NCBI GenBank assembly: GCA_000165345.1
Contig: CM000436.1
Span: forward strand, 672,001-736,000
DNA length: 64,000 nucleotides
Reading direction: 5' to 3'
The position numbers were made by a program, and so were the translations under genes. The notes under the pieces were generated by a model. That model made no database searches. It saw only the letters and a list, made by a program, of their open reading frames with translations, and was not told where the DNA came from. Shown one piece after another: positions 38,625-49,300 of the stretch; position 1 is the first letter of the stretch, and each line of letters opens with the position of its first letter.

Positions 38625-40712
38625 ATGGGTGTTATAAAAAGAACTCAGGTATTGATTGTTGGGATGGGCCCCGTAGGTATGACATTAAGCAATTTGCTTA
38701 ATTTATATAAAGTCGACAATATTATTGTTGACAAATTGACACAATTTTCGCCTATTCCAAAAGCCCACTACATTTCAAATCGCTCAATGGAGATATTTAG
38801 ATTCTGTAACAACTTAGATCAAGAAATATATAGGCTTCAACAACCTTTAGAATTTTGGAGAAGAATAACTTATCTAACTTATTTTAATAACTGCAAATTT
38901 GGTATTTTAGGAACTAAAGATGAATTCAGTAATTATAAGACAATTAATGGTTACTACTTAGATTTGGATAGCCAATCAGGAGTGGCAAATTATGATCAAA
39001 GCAAACTAAATAATTTATTGTACAAAAATTTGAAACAGTGTAAATATTCGCAGATAATGCTTGGAACATCTTGGAAAGGATATGAATTTGTTTCTAAAAG
39101 TGGAAAAGAAAAGGTAATTTCAAAGTTAGAGAAATCAAATTCAAATTTGGAATTTACTATAGAGAGCGATTTTTTAGTGGGAGCGGATGGAGCAAAGAGC
39201 CAGGTAAGGAAAGCTTTAAATAAAAATTTTAAAGGGCATGAATCTCTTCAAAAACTTCTAAATATTAATTTTATCTCAAAAGATTTGGCAAAAGTTTGTC
39301 TGGAACTCAAGCAAGAAATTATTGATGAGTGTAATAATATTAAATTAGTTCCCACCACAAGTATGTTATACTTTATTCTAAATCCAAGTTTAATAGGCGT
39401 AATGGTACTTCACGATATTAGTCAAGGCAACTTCGTGATCCATATTCCTTTAGTTGGTTCAAGCTCCGAGAAATTTGATTTAGATTTTTTTAAGCATATT
39501 TTCCCAAGTTTAATTAGCCAAGTATGCAAGAAAAACATTAATTTAGAGGTAAAATCTATTGAAACATGGAATATGTCAGCTCAAGTACTTGATTCGTTTG
39601 TTGATGAAAAAACAAATCGAATAGTTTTAATAGGAGATTCTGCTCATAGACTTCCCCCATCTGGAGGATTTGGGATGAATTTAGGAATTCAAGATTCCCT
39701 TAACTTAGCATGGAGATTAGCATTTGTATTAAAAAACAAATACGAAGAAGATATTAAAAAACAATTGAATGAGTTTAACATGGAGAGAATCCAACATGCG
39801 CAATATGCCTGTAATAACTCTATTCGGAATTTTTATAGGTCCCTATTTATTCCTAAAGCTATCGGATTGGACTGGAAAATAATATCTAGTATGCAGAAGT
39901 TAATATCTAATGCCGATAAATATATTCCTAATAAAATTTTAGAAGAGAAACCAGTCATGGATTACATTTATAAGTTAGGAATGTTTAGATTTTCAAAAAT
40001 ACTAAGGAATGAAAATAAAATGGAAAAGATAAAGATGCTTATTCAGGTTAGTTTAGTACTCCAGCTATATTAATATAAAACACTTTTTTAGGGATATATT
40101 AATTCAAGGGAAAATTCTTTATCTATCAACTTCAAAGGTCTTGATCTTGCATATGCATATAACTTTAATGCAGGAAATACAAAAGCATCTTTTGTGGCTC
40201 CAAAATCGCCGTTTAATTATTCCCCAAATACTTTACTAGGAATGAGAATCCCTCATGAATATGTTTATTTTCAAAGCCTAGATAAAATATTCAGAATCTC
40301 AACAGTAGACATTCCAATTGTATTTTCAGAAAGAGAGCCAAAGAATGTAATACTGATGTTTAGTGAAAAAAGGTAAGCAAAAAAAAGTATTACACAAAAA
40401 TTATTTGACTAAAAAATTAGTCTCGATAAAGTTAGAAAAACTTTTCCGAATCACGTTGTTGTATTTTGGACGTTAAAAAATGAAATCAATCAAAGTCAAT
40501 CAAAAATTTACACAAATCTAGAAATTTTGCCAACTGGAAAAATTAATAAAATTTGGACCTCAAAGCAGGTTAGAGAAAAATATTTGGAGAAATTGAATAA
40601 TATAAACAAAAATTCTATAATAAAAAATTATCGAGAACTAAATTTAAAAGATTTAGATAATTTATTTTTTGAAATTAGACCAGATGGTCATATAAAAAAT
40701 ATAGGATGCTAA
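38625..40712 (+). CDS. Class A FAD-dependent aromatic-ring monooxygenase (PHBH fold, FAD_binding_3-like, with a C-terminal RPDG domain); three exons
   Basis: Signatures: VLIVGMGPVGMTLSNLL (GxGxxG), LVGADGAKSQVRKAL (DG motif) and LIGDSAHRLPPSGGFGMNLGIQDSLNLAWRLA (GD motif). ORF 38613..40073 joins ORF 40194..40376 in frame through a 45-nt intron. ORF 40527..40712 carries the family-typical C-terminal motif FFEIRPDGHI, so it belongs to the same gene. The exact second splice junction is unresolved. Confidence 0.75.
40047..40091 (+). other. Intron 1 of the monooxygenase gene (45 nt, phase 0)
   Basis: Donor att cag|gttagt at 40047 and acceptor cacttttttag| ending at 40091. Exon 2 starts at 40092 (GYINSRENSLSINFKGLDLAY...) in the same frame as ORF 40194. 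Confidence 0.7.
40347..40430 (+). other. Intron 2 of the monooxygenase gene; boundaries ambiguous
   Basis: Frame 0 is closed only by TAA at 40374-40376 and reopens immediately. The best-looking donor (aag|gtaagc at 40373, phase 2) and best-looking acceptor (ctaaaaaattag| at 40419) are mutually out of frame. In-frame options are aat|gtaata (40347) with ataaag| (40430), or a weak gtgaaa donor (40363) with the 40419 acceptor. Confidence 0.3.
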
Positions 40713-42316
40713 GCTTCAACATTCTTAGGAGGCATTTTTTTTAGCAAACTTAATATTTCATTACCAAGTGTGAGTGATTTTTGAAGCGCAATATTAAGAT
40801 CTCCTTTACTATTAGTTTCCATCCAACCAGTTTTAAAAATAGGACAGGGAAAACAATTATTTTCAAATGAATAATCTTTATTTCCATTAAAAATATAATC
40901 ATATTTTGGTTTGAATCCCAATGATGTGATCAATAATTGGCAAGGTAAATAATATTTCTCCTTCTCATTTAACTTTGTTTTATCAGTAATTGGTTTAGAA
41001 TCACGAATATTTCTCGCTAATTCTATTCCTTTGATAAACGGGATTGATTTTTTTTTCACATTATTCTCTGGAATATTGACTTCTTCAGTTTTAATATTTA
41101 CAGTAGAGAAGAGGTTTTTAAAATGTATGTTTATTGTTTTATCATTATGGAATATGTTATCATTATTGGCTATGTATTCTTGGTGATTATTAACCATTTC
41201 CTGAAATATAGACTTCATTTTCAAAAATCTTCTTTTTATTTCTGGTCCGCTTCTTTCTAATTCGAATAAGCTAGTTCGGTCCTGTGAAAGCTCAAAATCT
41301 TCTTGAGACATCATTACTCTGATATTCATTCCATTAGTAGAATTGTATTTTGATTTCCTAGACTTATCAATAAATTCCTTTAATAATGGATATTTAAAGG
41401 AATTTTGAATCCAACCTCTCCGTCCAATAATAAATATGTTTTTGAACAAAGGTCGATAGATATCGGAGTTTGAATATTTAGATGATGTGTCAATTAAATT
41501 TAAATAATCAGGATTCAAATATTTGTTTTTTGAAAGTTGTTCATGGGTATAGAAAGATAAAAGTCTAGTAATATCCAATGAAACATTGCCATTTCCAATG
41601 ATAACCGCATTCCTCTCACTGGAGTTTAATATATAATTTCTAAGTATATCAGAACCATATCCATATTTAAAGTCTTCATTTTCGTTTTTAAATGGGACGC
41701 TAATTTCAGTAGAAGATAAAGGACTCTTATATTCAAAAAATTGATTGTTTTTTTTTTTAAGGTAATTCAACTCTATATCCATATCAATTCTCTCATTATC
41801 AATAAGTTTATTATTGATCGAATTAGAGTGTTCATTTTTTGTTGGATATAGCATTTTTTTAAACATTGGGTGGCTATTATAATAAAACACCCAATCTCTA
41901 GAAGAAAATACTCCTCCTATAATTTTATTCTGTAATTCATTATTCATATATTTCACTGGAAGAGTATGGAAACTTTGTAATCCACCAACTGCTAAAACCA
42001 CTACATCGTATTTCCTCTTTAATTCTTCTAATTTAACATCATATCCCAAAGTCACATTTCCATAGAATTTAATATCATCAGAATATTTTTTAAAAAGAGA
42101 GTTATCAATACTAGAAATCGATTTTTTTAGATCATGTCTATCTGGTGCAATTCCATATCTGAGTAGCCCAAATGGTTTATCTAAGGAATCTAATAAATCT
42201 ATTTTGATTGCAATGTTTTCCTTTTTTGATCTTGCCAGCAAATATTTGGCCAAGTAACAACCTGATGGGCCTGCACCAACAATACATAACTTATATATTG
42301 GCTTGTAAGGTCTCAT
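40709..42316 (-). CDS. ARH1: Adrenodoxin (ferredoxin)-NADP+ reductase, ARH1/FDXR-like, with low-complexity insertions
   Basis: The first ATG at 42316 (the track starts upstream at a non-ATG codon) gives MRPYKPIYKLCIVGAGPSGCYLAKYLL...PFGLLRYGIAPDRHDLKKSI...YDVVVLAVGG. This aligns with FDXR ICVVGSGPAGFY...PFGLVRFGVAPDHPEVKNV...YHAVVLSYGA. The C-terminal GWMETNSKGDLNIALQKSL resembles GWVKRGPTGVIATTMTDSF. Confidence 0.85.
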   Translation of the reverse strand: MRPYKPIYKLCIVGAGPSGCYLAKYLLARSKKENIAIKIDLLDSLDKPFGLLRYGIAPDRHDLKKSISSIDNSLFKKYSDDIKFYGNVTLGYDVKLEELKRKYDVVVLAVGGLQSFHTLPVKYMNNELQNKIIGGVFSSRDWVFYYNSHPMFKKMLYPTKNEHSNSINNKLIDNERIDMDIELNYLKKKNNQFFEYKSPLSSTEISVPFKNENEDFKYGYGSDILRNYILNSSERNAVIIGNGNVSLDITRLLSFYTHEQLSKNKYLNPDYLNLIDTSSKYSNSDIYRPLFKNIFIIGRRGWIQNSFKYPLLKEFIDKSRKSKYNSTNGMNIRVMMSQEDFELSQDRTSLFELERSGPEIKRRFLKMKSIFQEMVNNHQEYIANNDNIFHNDKTINIHFKNLFSTVNIKTEEVNIPENNVKKKSIPFIKGIELARNIRDSKPITDKTKLNEKEKYYLPCQLLITSLGFKPKYDYIFNGNKDYSFENNCFPCPIFKTGWMETNSKGDLNIALQKSLTLGNEILSLLKKMPPKNVEA

Positions 42317-42534
42317 TTTTATAAATGATCCAAAAACAAATTCAAATTCATTTCCTAGATTTAATATAATTATTACAACTACTTCACTAATCAAATCAAA
42401 AAGCAAACATATATTTCTGAAAGATTAACAAAATTAATTAGTGATGAAGTTGTCGATATATTTTGAATTTTTATGTTTAGAATGAAGTTAGAAAATTTGT
42501 TAGATTGGAAAACTGCATATTCCCCACATACCGC

Positions 42535-45500
42535 CTAAATTTCAACATTTTTTAGTGTTTCTTTTAAAAATTCAGAGTATGAAATGACACTAAATCTAAA
42601 ATTTGGGTAATCTTTTAGAACTTCCATTGCATCAATAGCAGAATTTTCTCCACCGCAAAGAGCTATGCAACTTGAAGGCATCATATTTGTGGTATTAGGT
42701 AAGAAATGTTTAAGGTACTTGATTGAAACTCTTTTTATATCTTCAACTGTAACTTCAGATATTTTCTTTATAATAAAACTGTCAAACTTTGGAGAAATAC
42801 CAACATTAAGATCAAAATTTAGCTGTTTTGCCCAAGAATTGAATTTTTTGTGCTTTGAAATAAATTTATAAGCAGCGATCCTTTTTGCTTCATCAAGATC
42901 TAGACTGTTATAAAAGCTTTCATAGTAATTAGGTAATTTGTTAGTTTTCTTAATCTCTTCATAAACCTCATTTTCATCCATTGATAACTCTCTGAAAATT
43001 TCCCAAGTCTTGATTAAAGACTGACCAATTGATGTTGATTCATACACACAATTTGAAAACTGACCAGTAGTCATACAAAGATCCAAACTTCCACTATATG
43101 CTAAACCACTGCCCCTAATTGAATCAAAGAGTAGTGAGCAAGGATCCCAAAGATAGTTTGAAAGTACGAGAAGAGCTGGAACATCTGGATTGAAAAAATG
43201 AGATCCTTTTGGGAAGAAAGTACCAAATGTATTTAAATTGATTGACTGAATAAAGCACGCTGTATTTGAGCTTGGAACCTTTAGGTAAATTGAATAGCCA
43301 TATTTTTCAGGTATTCTAAATTTTTGTGAGCTGTTTGAATTAAAGTCTATACCTAGATCCAATGGGAGTGCTCTTGAAAGTATTTCCCATGGAAGTAAAT
43401 TTATGTTGGGGGTGTTCTGTATTTGGTTATTAATTAAGTATTGGCTTTTGTAGTTTTTATTGATAGAAAAATATTTAAATAAATTTATTTTGTTGGCCTC
43501 CTCTTTTCCAATAACAAATAACGAAAACTTTGTGTTACTAGCTGGAATAACTTCTGATTTCCCAAGAGCGAATGGTCTAATAAGAACTGAATGAAGCCTT
43601 TCTAGTTCAACCAAGTAATTTTTTGGTTCTTTTATCAATCTTTTGGAAATATGATCAAAGTTTGGAATATTTGAAATATTAAAAATTGATTGATCGCAGA
43701 AACAAAGAGAGTTCGAAACAGAAGTAATTAAACCTTCTTCACTCAATTTTAGTTCGCTGATTGTTCCTTTGATAGTTCTGGCTATTGTAGAAATTCTTTC
43801 AGCATTCAATCTCATGCCACAAATTCCACTCATAATTAATATTGAGGAAAACTCAGTATATTCTATTGGGGTTGTCCAATTTACTTTAATTTGGTTTGGA
43901 ATTGTATTAGAATCCAAAATCCATCCATCGCTGAATTCTGCATAGTAATCGATACAAAAAGTATTTAAAAGTTTATCAAAATCATCGAAGTTAATTAGTT
44001 CTCCGTCTGACCAATTAACATCAGGTAGGAAGACTTTTGACTCTCTCAATTTTGAATATTTTTCAGAAATTTGTGGGCCAATTAAATTTATAACTTTAAC
44101 AGATGTTTGAAATAATAATTCTACTAGAAGGGATGAAAGTAGTTTTTCAGTGTTAGATAGATTTTCGTTCAAATTAATCCTCAGTTGTGCGTGTACAAAC
44201 TCAGTATTTGAGTTTTCTAAAAAAAAGTACAAACAATTATCTATTGTTTGTGATTCTAAGTCATGGTCCATATTTAACTTTTTAAATATTATGTCGCTCC
44301 CTTCATTAATCTCTGCTAGTTTGGCTTCTGAGTAATTCACATTTGTGGTAATATTTGCTTTATTAAGACCAATACAGTTTAAATCGAAAGATATATTAAA
44401 ATTATTAAGTATTTCGAGACTAATAGCACGTTTTTTATTATTTATTATGGACTCCTCCAACTTCGCCTTACAAATCTGAAAAAAACGTTTACCTTTCTTA
44501 CTTATTCTTTCTTTTCTTTCTTCCTTGAATCTCTTTGTCATTTCTTTTGATAATTTTTTGCTTGGAACAAATTCAAGTATGTTCATTTTTTGTAAACAAA
44601 AGGCTTTGTTAAAAAGCGTTTTCCAATATTCTAATCCCTCTGAAAGTAATTTTTTGAGAATAAAATGCAGATTACAGTATTCGGTGAGATCATCCATATT
44701 ATTAATTCCATAGTTAATAAAACCAGATAGCTGGTTAAATACTGTATCAATTGTCTTATTTTCCAATGAAACAAGGTGTCCGTAGTATAGACCTTCTATC
44801 TTACATTTTAAGTCATTAATATCAAAACTTCGTTCACCATTGTGGAATTCAGAAATTATTCTCTTAAATAAATCCACTATCTTATTAATCTTTGTTGTTT
44901 CTACCCCATGAAGTAAAATTTGGTGGTACCTATTTTTTTCGCAAACATTTGACATGTCTACATCTGAGCAGTAAGATTTACCTTCTACGAGTTCTTTCAT
45001 CAATGGGGAGTCGTTTCCAATACATAAATAATGCAATAATACGGTAATTGATAACATTTCTTTAAAGTTCGAAAATGCTCCAAATCTCCATGAAAAACTA
45101 ATGGTACTTAAATCCTCTTCTTCGCTAGGGAATGGGATCTCTAGATGCCATGGAAAAGATTGTTCTTTTAAATTTTCATTAAAACAAAGCTTTTTATTTA
45201 ATGGTCTTTGGTTTATTGGGGAATCTGAAATTCGAATTTTCTTACAGGTTTTATGATCATTAACAAGTTCTGCTTCGCTAATAAATTTCCCAATTGTTCC
45301 AAAAATATTATTTATATTAATACTTTCATTCCCATGTATGAAGATTAACATATTATCCAAACTATAAAAGTTTGCATGAAATTCCTTTAGTTCATCTAAT
45401 GAAAGTTTTTGAAGTCCAGTTGTTCGACCAGTGCATGAAAATACACTAGATTGGCTTCCATCATATTTTTCAGTGATTTCATCGTAAAGCTCCCATGTAG

Positions 45501-46140
45501 AGTGAAGCTTGATTTTTTTTTTCTCAGTAGGGCTCTCACATAAAGTATGAAACTTAGAAAGAGTTGTGACAACCTCATCATAGTTTCTCTCGAAAGAAGA
45601 AACTTCTGAATAAACTACTCCATGGTACTCTGCATTTTCATTTAAATGTACGATCTCTGTAAGAAATGATTCTTCCGACAAAATTGGATGAAATAAATGA
45701 TCTAGCCAAACTTCCAACATTCGTAAAAGGCTCCATTCTGTTGTACATTCAAATTCAAATGTAGTCGAATCATCTATAGTGAAAGCATTTGTGTATGGAC
45801 AACACAGTCTGTTAGAGATCTTATCAATGCTATCATTATATGGAAAGCGTTTGCTACCATTAAAAATGACATGCTCTAGCGCATGCGGTATCCCTTTATT
45901 GTTGTTTGGCACAGTTGTAAAACTTAATTTACAGTGAGTAAAAGATGGCCCACAAATAGTAAAAGTCTTCATGAATGCTACAATGACTCCCTTTTGGTGC
46001 TGGTAGAGTTCCAATATTCCAACATTTGAGACTTTGATCGATTTAATAAAAGAGAAGTTATATTTTGTTTCATCTCGAATAAATTCCTCTTTATTTAGGT
46101 CTCCAAGTTTAACTTTAAATAAATTAGCCACTTCATTCAT
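42535..46140 (-). CDS. M16-family (pitrilysin/insulinase-like) zinc metallopeptidase, 1201 aa
   Basis: The inverted zinc motif HxxEH is seen in GIPHALEHVIFNGSKRFPYNDS. A downstream Glu lies in AEYHGVVYSEVSS (compare GVVxNEM in M16C). The large four-domain size is consistent with clam-shell M16 enzymes. Confidence 0.85.
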   Translation of the reverse strand: MNEVANLFKVKLGDLNKEEFIRDETKYNFSFIKSIKVSNVGILELYQHQKGVIVAFMKTFTICGPSFTHCKLSFTTVPNNNKGIPHALEHVIFNGSKRFPYNDSIDKISNRLCCPYTNAFTIDDSTTFEFECTTEWSLLRMLEVWLDHLFHPILSEESFLTEIVHLNENAEYHGVVYSEVSSFERNYDEVVTTLSKFHTLCESPTEKKKIKLHSTWELYDEITEKYDGSQSSVFSCTGRTTGLQKLSLDELKEFHANFYSLDNMLIFIHGNESININNIFGTIGKFISEAELVNDHKTCKKIRISDSPINQRPLNKKLCFNENLKEQSFPWHLEIPFPSEEEDLSTISFSWRFGAFSNFKEMLSITVLLHYLCIGNDSPLMKELVEGKSYCSDVDMSNVCEKNRYHQILLHGVETTKINKIVDLFKRIISEFHNGERSFDINDLKCKIEGLYYGHLVSLENKTIDTVFNQLSGFINYGINNMDDLTEYCNLHFILKKLLSEGLEYWKTLFNKAFCLQKMNILEFVPSKKLSKEMTKRFKEERKERISKKGKRFFQICKAKLEESIINNKKRAISLEILNNFNISFDLNCIGLNKANITTNVNYSEAKLAEINEGSDIIFKKLNMDHDLESQTIDNCLYFFLENSNTEFVHAQLRINLNENLSNTEKLLSSLLVELLFQTSVKVINLIGPQISEKYSKLRESKVFLPDVNWSDGELINFDDFDKLLNTFCIDYYAEFSDGWILDSNTIPNQIKVNWTTPIEYTEFSSILIMSGICGMRLNAERISTIARTIKGTISELKLSEEGLITSVSNSLCFCDQSIFNISNIPNFDHISKRLIKEPKNYLVELERLHSVLIRPFALGKSEVIPASNTKFSLFVIGKEEANKINLFKYFSINKNYKSQYLINNQIQNTPNINLLPWEILSRALPLDLGIDFNSNSSQKFRIPEKYGYSIYLKVPSSNTACFIQSINLNTFGTFFPKGSHFFNPDVPALLVLSNYLWDPCSLLFDSIRGSGLAYSGSLDLCMTTGQFSNCVYESTSIGQSLIKTWEIFRELSMDENEVYEEIKKTNKLPNYYESFYNSLDLDEAKRIAAYKFISKHKKFNSWAKQLNFDLNVGISPKFDSFIIKKISEVTVEDIKRVSIKYLKHFLPNTTNMMPSSCIALCGGENSAIDAMEVLKDYPNFRFSVISYSEFLKETLKNVEI

Positions 46141-46222
46141 CGATTATTATTAAACTACAAGAATTTAGGAATAAACTCAAGCAACAAAAATAGTAATTTT
46201 CAAGTCTGTCAAATTGAAATGT

Positions 46223-46228
46223 GGCGCC
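46223..46228. promoter_or_regulatory. GGCGCC (E2F-like core) in a divergent promoter
   Basis: Read directly (aatgtGGCGCCtatt), in the 249-nt spacer between the M16 peptidase ATG (46140, minus) and the SET-gene ATG (46390, plus). A second partial site, aaaGGCGCAcc, lies at ~46329-46336. Confidence 0.45.
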
Positions 46229-46389
46229 TATTAGTTTGGATAAAATACATATTAACGAGTAGATAACAGTGCTGTGAGTAAATAGAGAATTAAATAAACA
46301 TATTTAAAAGTTTCAAACGATGTAGAAAAGGCGCACCTGTTTATCACACAGTATTTGCAGCATAACCAAAGAATACCGTCGTAGAATAA

Positions 46390-49300
46390 ATGACGGTAGA
46401 AAGTGCTAGGAATTCAAAGAGAAAGGGTGCCAATACTAATTTTAGAGACGGGGAACTTGTTGGAGAGAATAAAAAGAGAAGATGCTCTCATTCCTCATCA
46501 AGCAAGAATTCTAATTTGCAATCTAAAAGAAGGGTTCAGTCAAGATCAAGGAAAAATGAAAGCTGCATGAATGTTTTTGTTCAAGCCGATGACAATAATG
46601 AAACTGAATTAGTTAAACTGAATACAATAGAGATAAAAAATTTAAAGGATGGGTTTAAATATGTAGGTTATAGATGTAGAGTTGCTGTATCCAGACAAAA
46701 AACGAAGGAATTAAAAAACAACTCTCCTAATGCATTCAACTGGGTGGAGGGAATAATTAAATTTTGGGATCCAAAATTTAAGTTATTCTTTATACACTTT
46801 TTGCTTTCACCTTCAATAAATTCATTCAGAAACATTAACAATACTCCCAAACATGAATGGAAATACTTGGCTACTCAAAATAATTCTCCCCCAGCAAATA
46901 CTGATATAAGAAATCTTGTACTTTCACCTTTTGCAATTGATAGAGGCTGGTTTGATCCAAATCCAATAACTATGAAATTATATGGGAGTCTTCCTTTAAA
47001 AGATATCTCTTCTATTTCATTTCAAGACAAAGCGGAACTAACTAAATCTGAAAAATTTTCCAGCGAAGTCTGCACAAGATGTAAATTACCAATAGTTGAG
47101 GAAGAAGTAATTTACTCATGTGAGCTTTGTTCCAGGAAGTTTCATCAAAATTGTGTAAATATGAGCAATACAAGTATACAGGATCTAAAAGATTCAGATA
47201 TTACTACATTGAGACAATACAACTCCCCAAATAACTTGGAATTGTTATTAATTGCAAATGAGCATAACCAATATATCCGTGAAAGAAAAAGACTTTGGAA
47301 GCGTAATTATAATGTATCTCACGATTCTGAAGGAAATTTAAGTTTATATAACAAGTGTTTTAATGATGGGCAACTTCCATATGATCTCGTTGACGTAGAA
47401 GAACTGGAGAGAGCTCTGCCAAATGAAGTAAAAAAAATCATTTTGGAAAATTATAATATGTCTCATACTGGTATAAGAAAATTACTCTCCAAATTGCCCG
47501 ATAAAATGGGTTCTATAATTGGTGATCATCAAGTTAAGCTTTTGTGCAGGAATTACAGATATAACAAAAGAAATAAGTCAATTATGCTCACACAGTCATA
47601 TAAGGAAGAAGACTATTCAAGTACAATCACATCATTGGAATCGACACCTTCAAAAATTTGTTCGAGAAACGAGCCTAGTGTTCAAAAAAGTGATTTAATT
47701 GATGATATTGATTCAAAATCGGTTTTTAATAAGGGCGAATATAATTCCGAATCATCTTTTATTGAAACTATGGAATTGGAAAAAACTGATTTCACAAAAG
47801 ATGAAAATAATCCTATTCAAATATCTATAGACGATGCAAAAGACGAGCAGCTAAAAACAAATGAGTACAAATATAGATGTAAGGACTGTATACCCTGTAT
47901 TTATTGTAAAGAGCCACTATTGCGCATTCCGGTGATTCTTAAACCAAACGAATTACCAAATAGATCGTTGGTATATTCACAAATTCCTACAAAGTTGGAG
48001 GAATTTGTTGTTTGTGGAACTTGTGGGATTTGTTACCATGGTAGCTGCGGAAATTCTTTTGTTCCACCATTGTTATTTGGTGGAAATAATTTCAATTGTT
48101 CCAATTGTTGTAAGTGTATACACTGCGGATATAGAGATAATGGTTTCATGGATTATGCTTCTTGGGACTCAACCTTTTCGAGCTGTATTAGGTGCTGTAA
48201 AGGTTTTGAAAGGGGGCAATTCTGTTCAATTTGCAGAAAAATATGGACATCTTCATGGGAAGGAGAATGGCTCCAATGCGACATTTGCAAGTTTTGGGTC
48301 CACTATGATTGCGATAAGGATTTAAATGAGCCAATAGAATTCTATTCAAATGTTAAAAACCTTTATAACTGTCCAGCATGTAGAAGCAATGATAACTCAG
48401 TTAAATATCAAAGGATTCTGGATCATTTTATTTGTTTGGACAAAAACAAAGACTTTGCCTCAACTCCTCTTCCTTCATACCAAAATTATTGGAAAGTGGT
48501 AAAAATTCCAATGGATATTATGACGGTCACAAACAATTTAGAAAGTAAAAAGTATGATTCAGATGAATATTCATTTATTAGGGATATATTCAGAATAATA
48601 TACAATGCCCAAATATCTCATATGCCTAACCATAGGATTTTCAAACTTGCAGCAAATATTTTAAAGAAAATAACCCATTTATTTAAGCTCTTATTTGGGG
48701 AAAATTTATTGTTGAGATTTTTCAACGTTATAAAAAAAGAGGAATCTTCGATGTCAATTTTGGTAGAACAAATAGATACTAATGATCTTAGAAGTAAAAT
48801 AGGCGATGAAATATTTGAAAATACAAATTCAAATATAAATGTTAAGCTTTCCCAAGATTATAGAGCTAACAATTTATCATGTGAGAACAACGTTGAAAAT
48901 GAGCTCGCTATTGATCTAGCCGAAGCTGTGTTAAATCATACAAAGCTGAACTTAGATATTAGCGGTAACTTGAGAAATACAATATCCAGAAAGCAATTTT
49001 CATGCTTAAAGGGCGATAATAATCTGAATTCAGTATTTGGAAAGCTCTTTGCTGAATTTAAGAAGTGCACAATTTGCCAACAAAAAAGTGATGAACTCCT
49101 TCATTGCTTAAAATGCGGAGTAAATATCCACTCTAAGTGTTCAGAAGTAGTAAATGGTTCATTTGTTTGCAACTCATGTACAGCTTGTCATATTTGTTCT
49201 GAGCTAATGGCTGATTCAAGTATACCAGTTATTTCATGTTATACATGCAATAAAAGAGTACATTATACATGTATTTGGCAGGATTATGAGAGGTTTATAG

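Noticed and set aside
40373-40419. The visually best intron for the monooxygenase exon 2 to 3 junction (GTAAGC donor at 40373 with the ttAG acceptor at 40419).
   Set aside because: Joining them puts exon 3 into a frame that terminates at TGA 40481, before the conserved RPDG block. It is kept only as an unresolved alternative.
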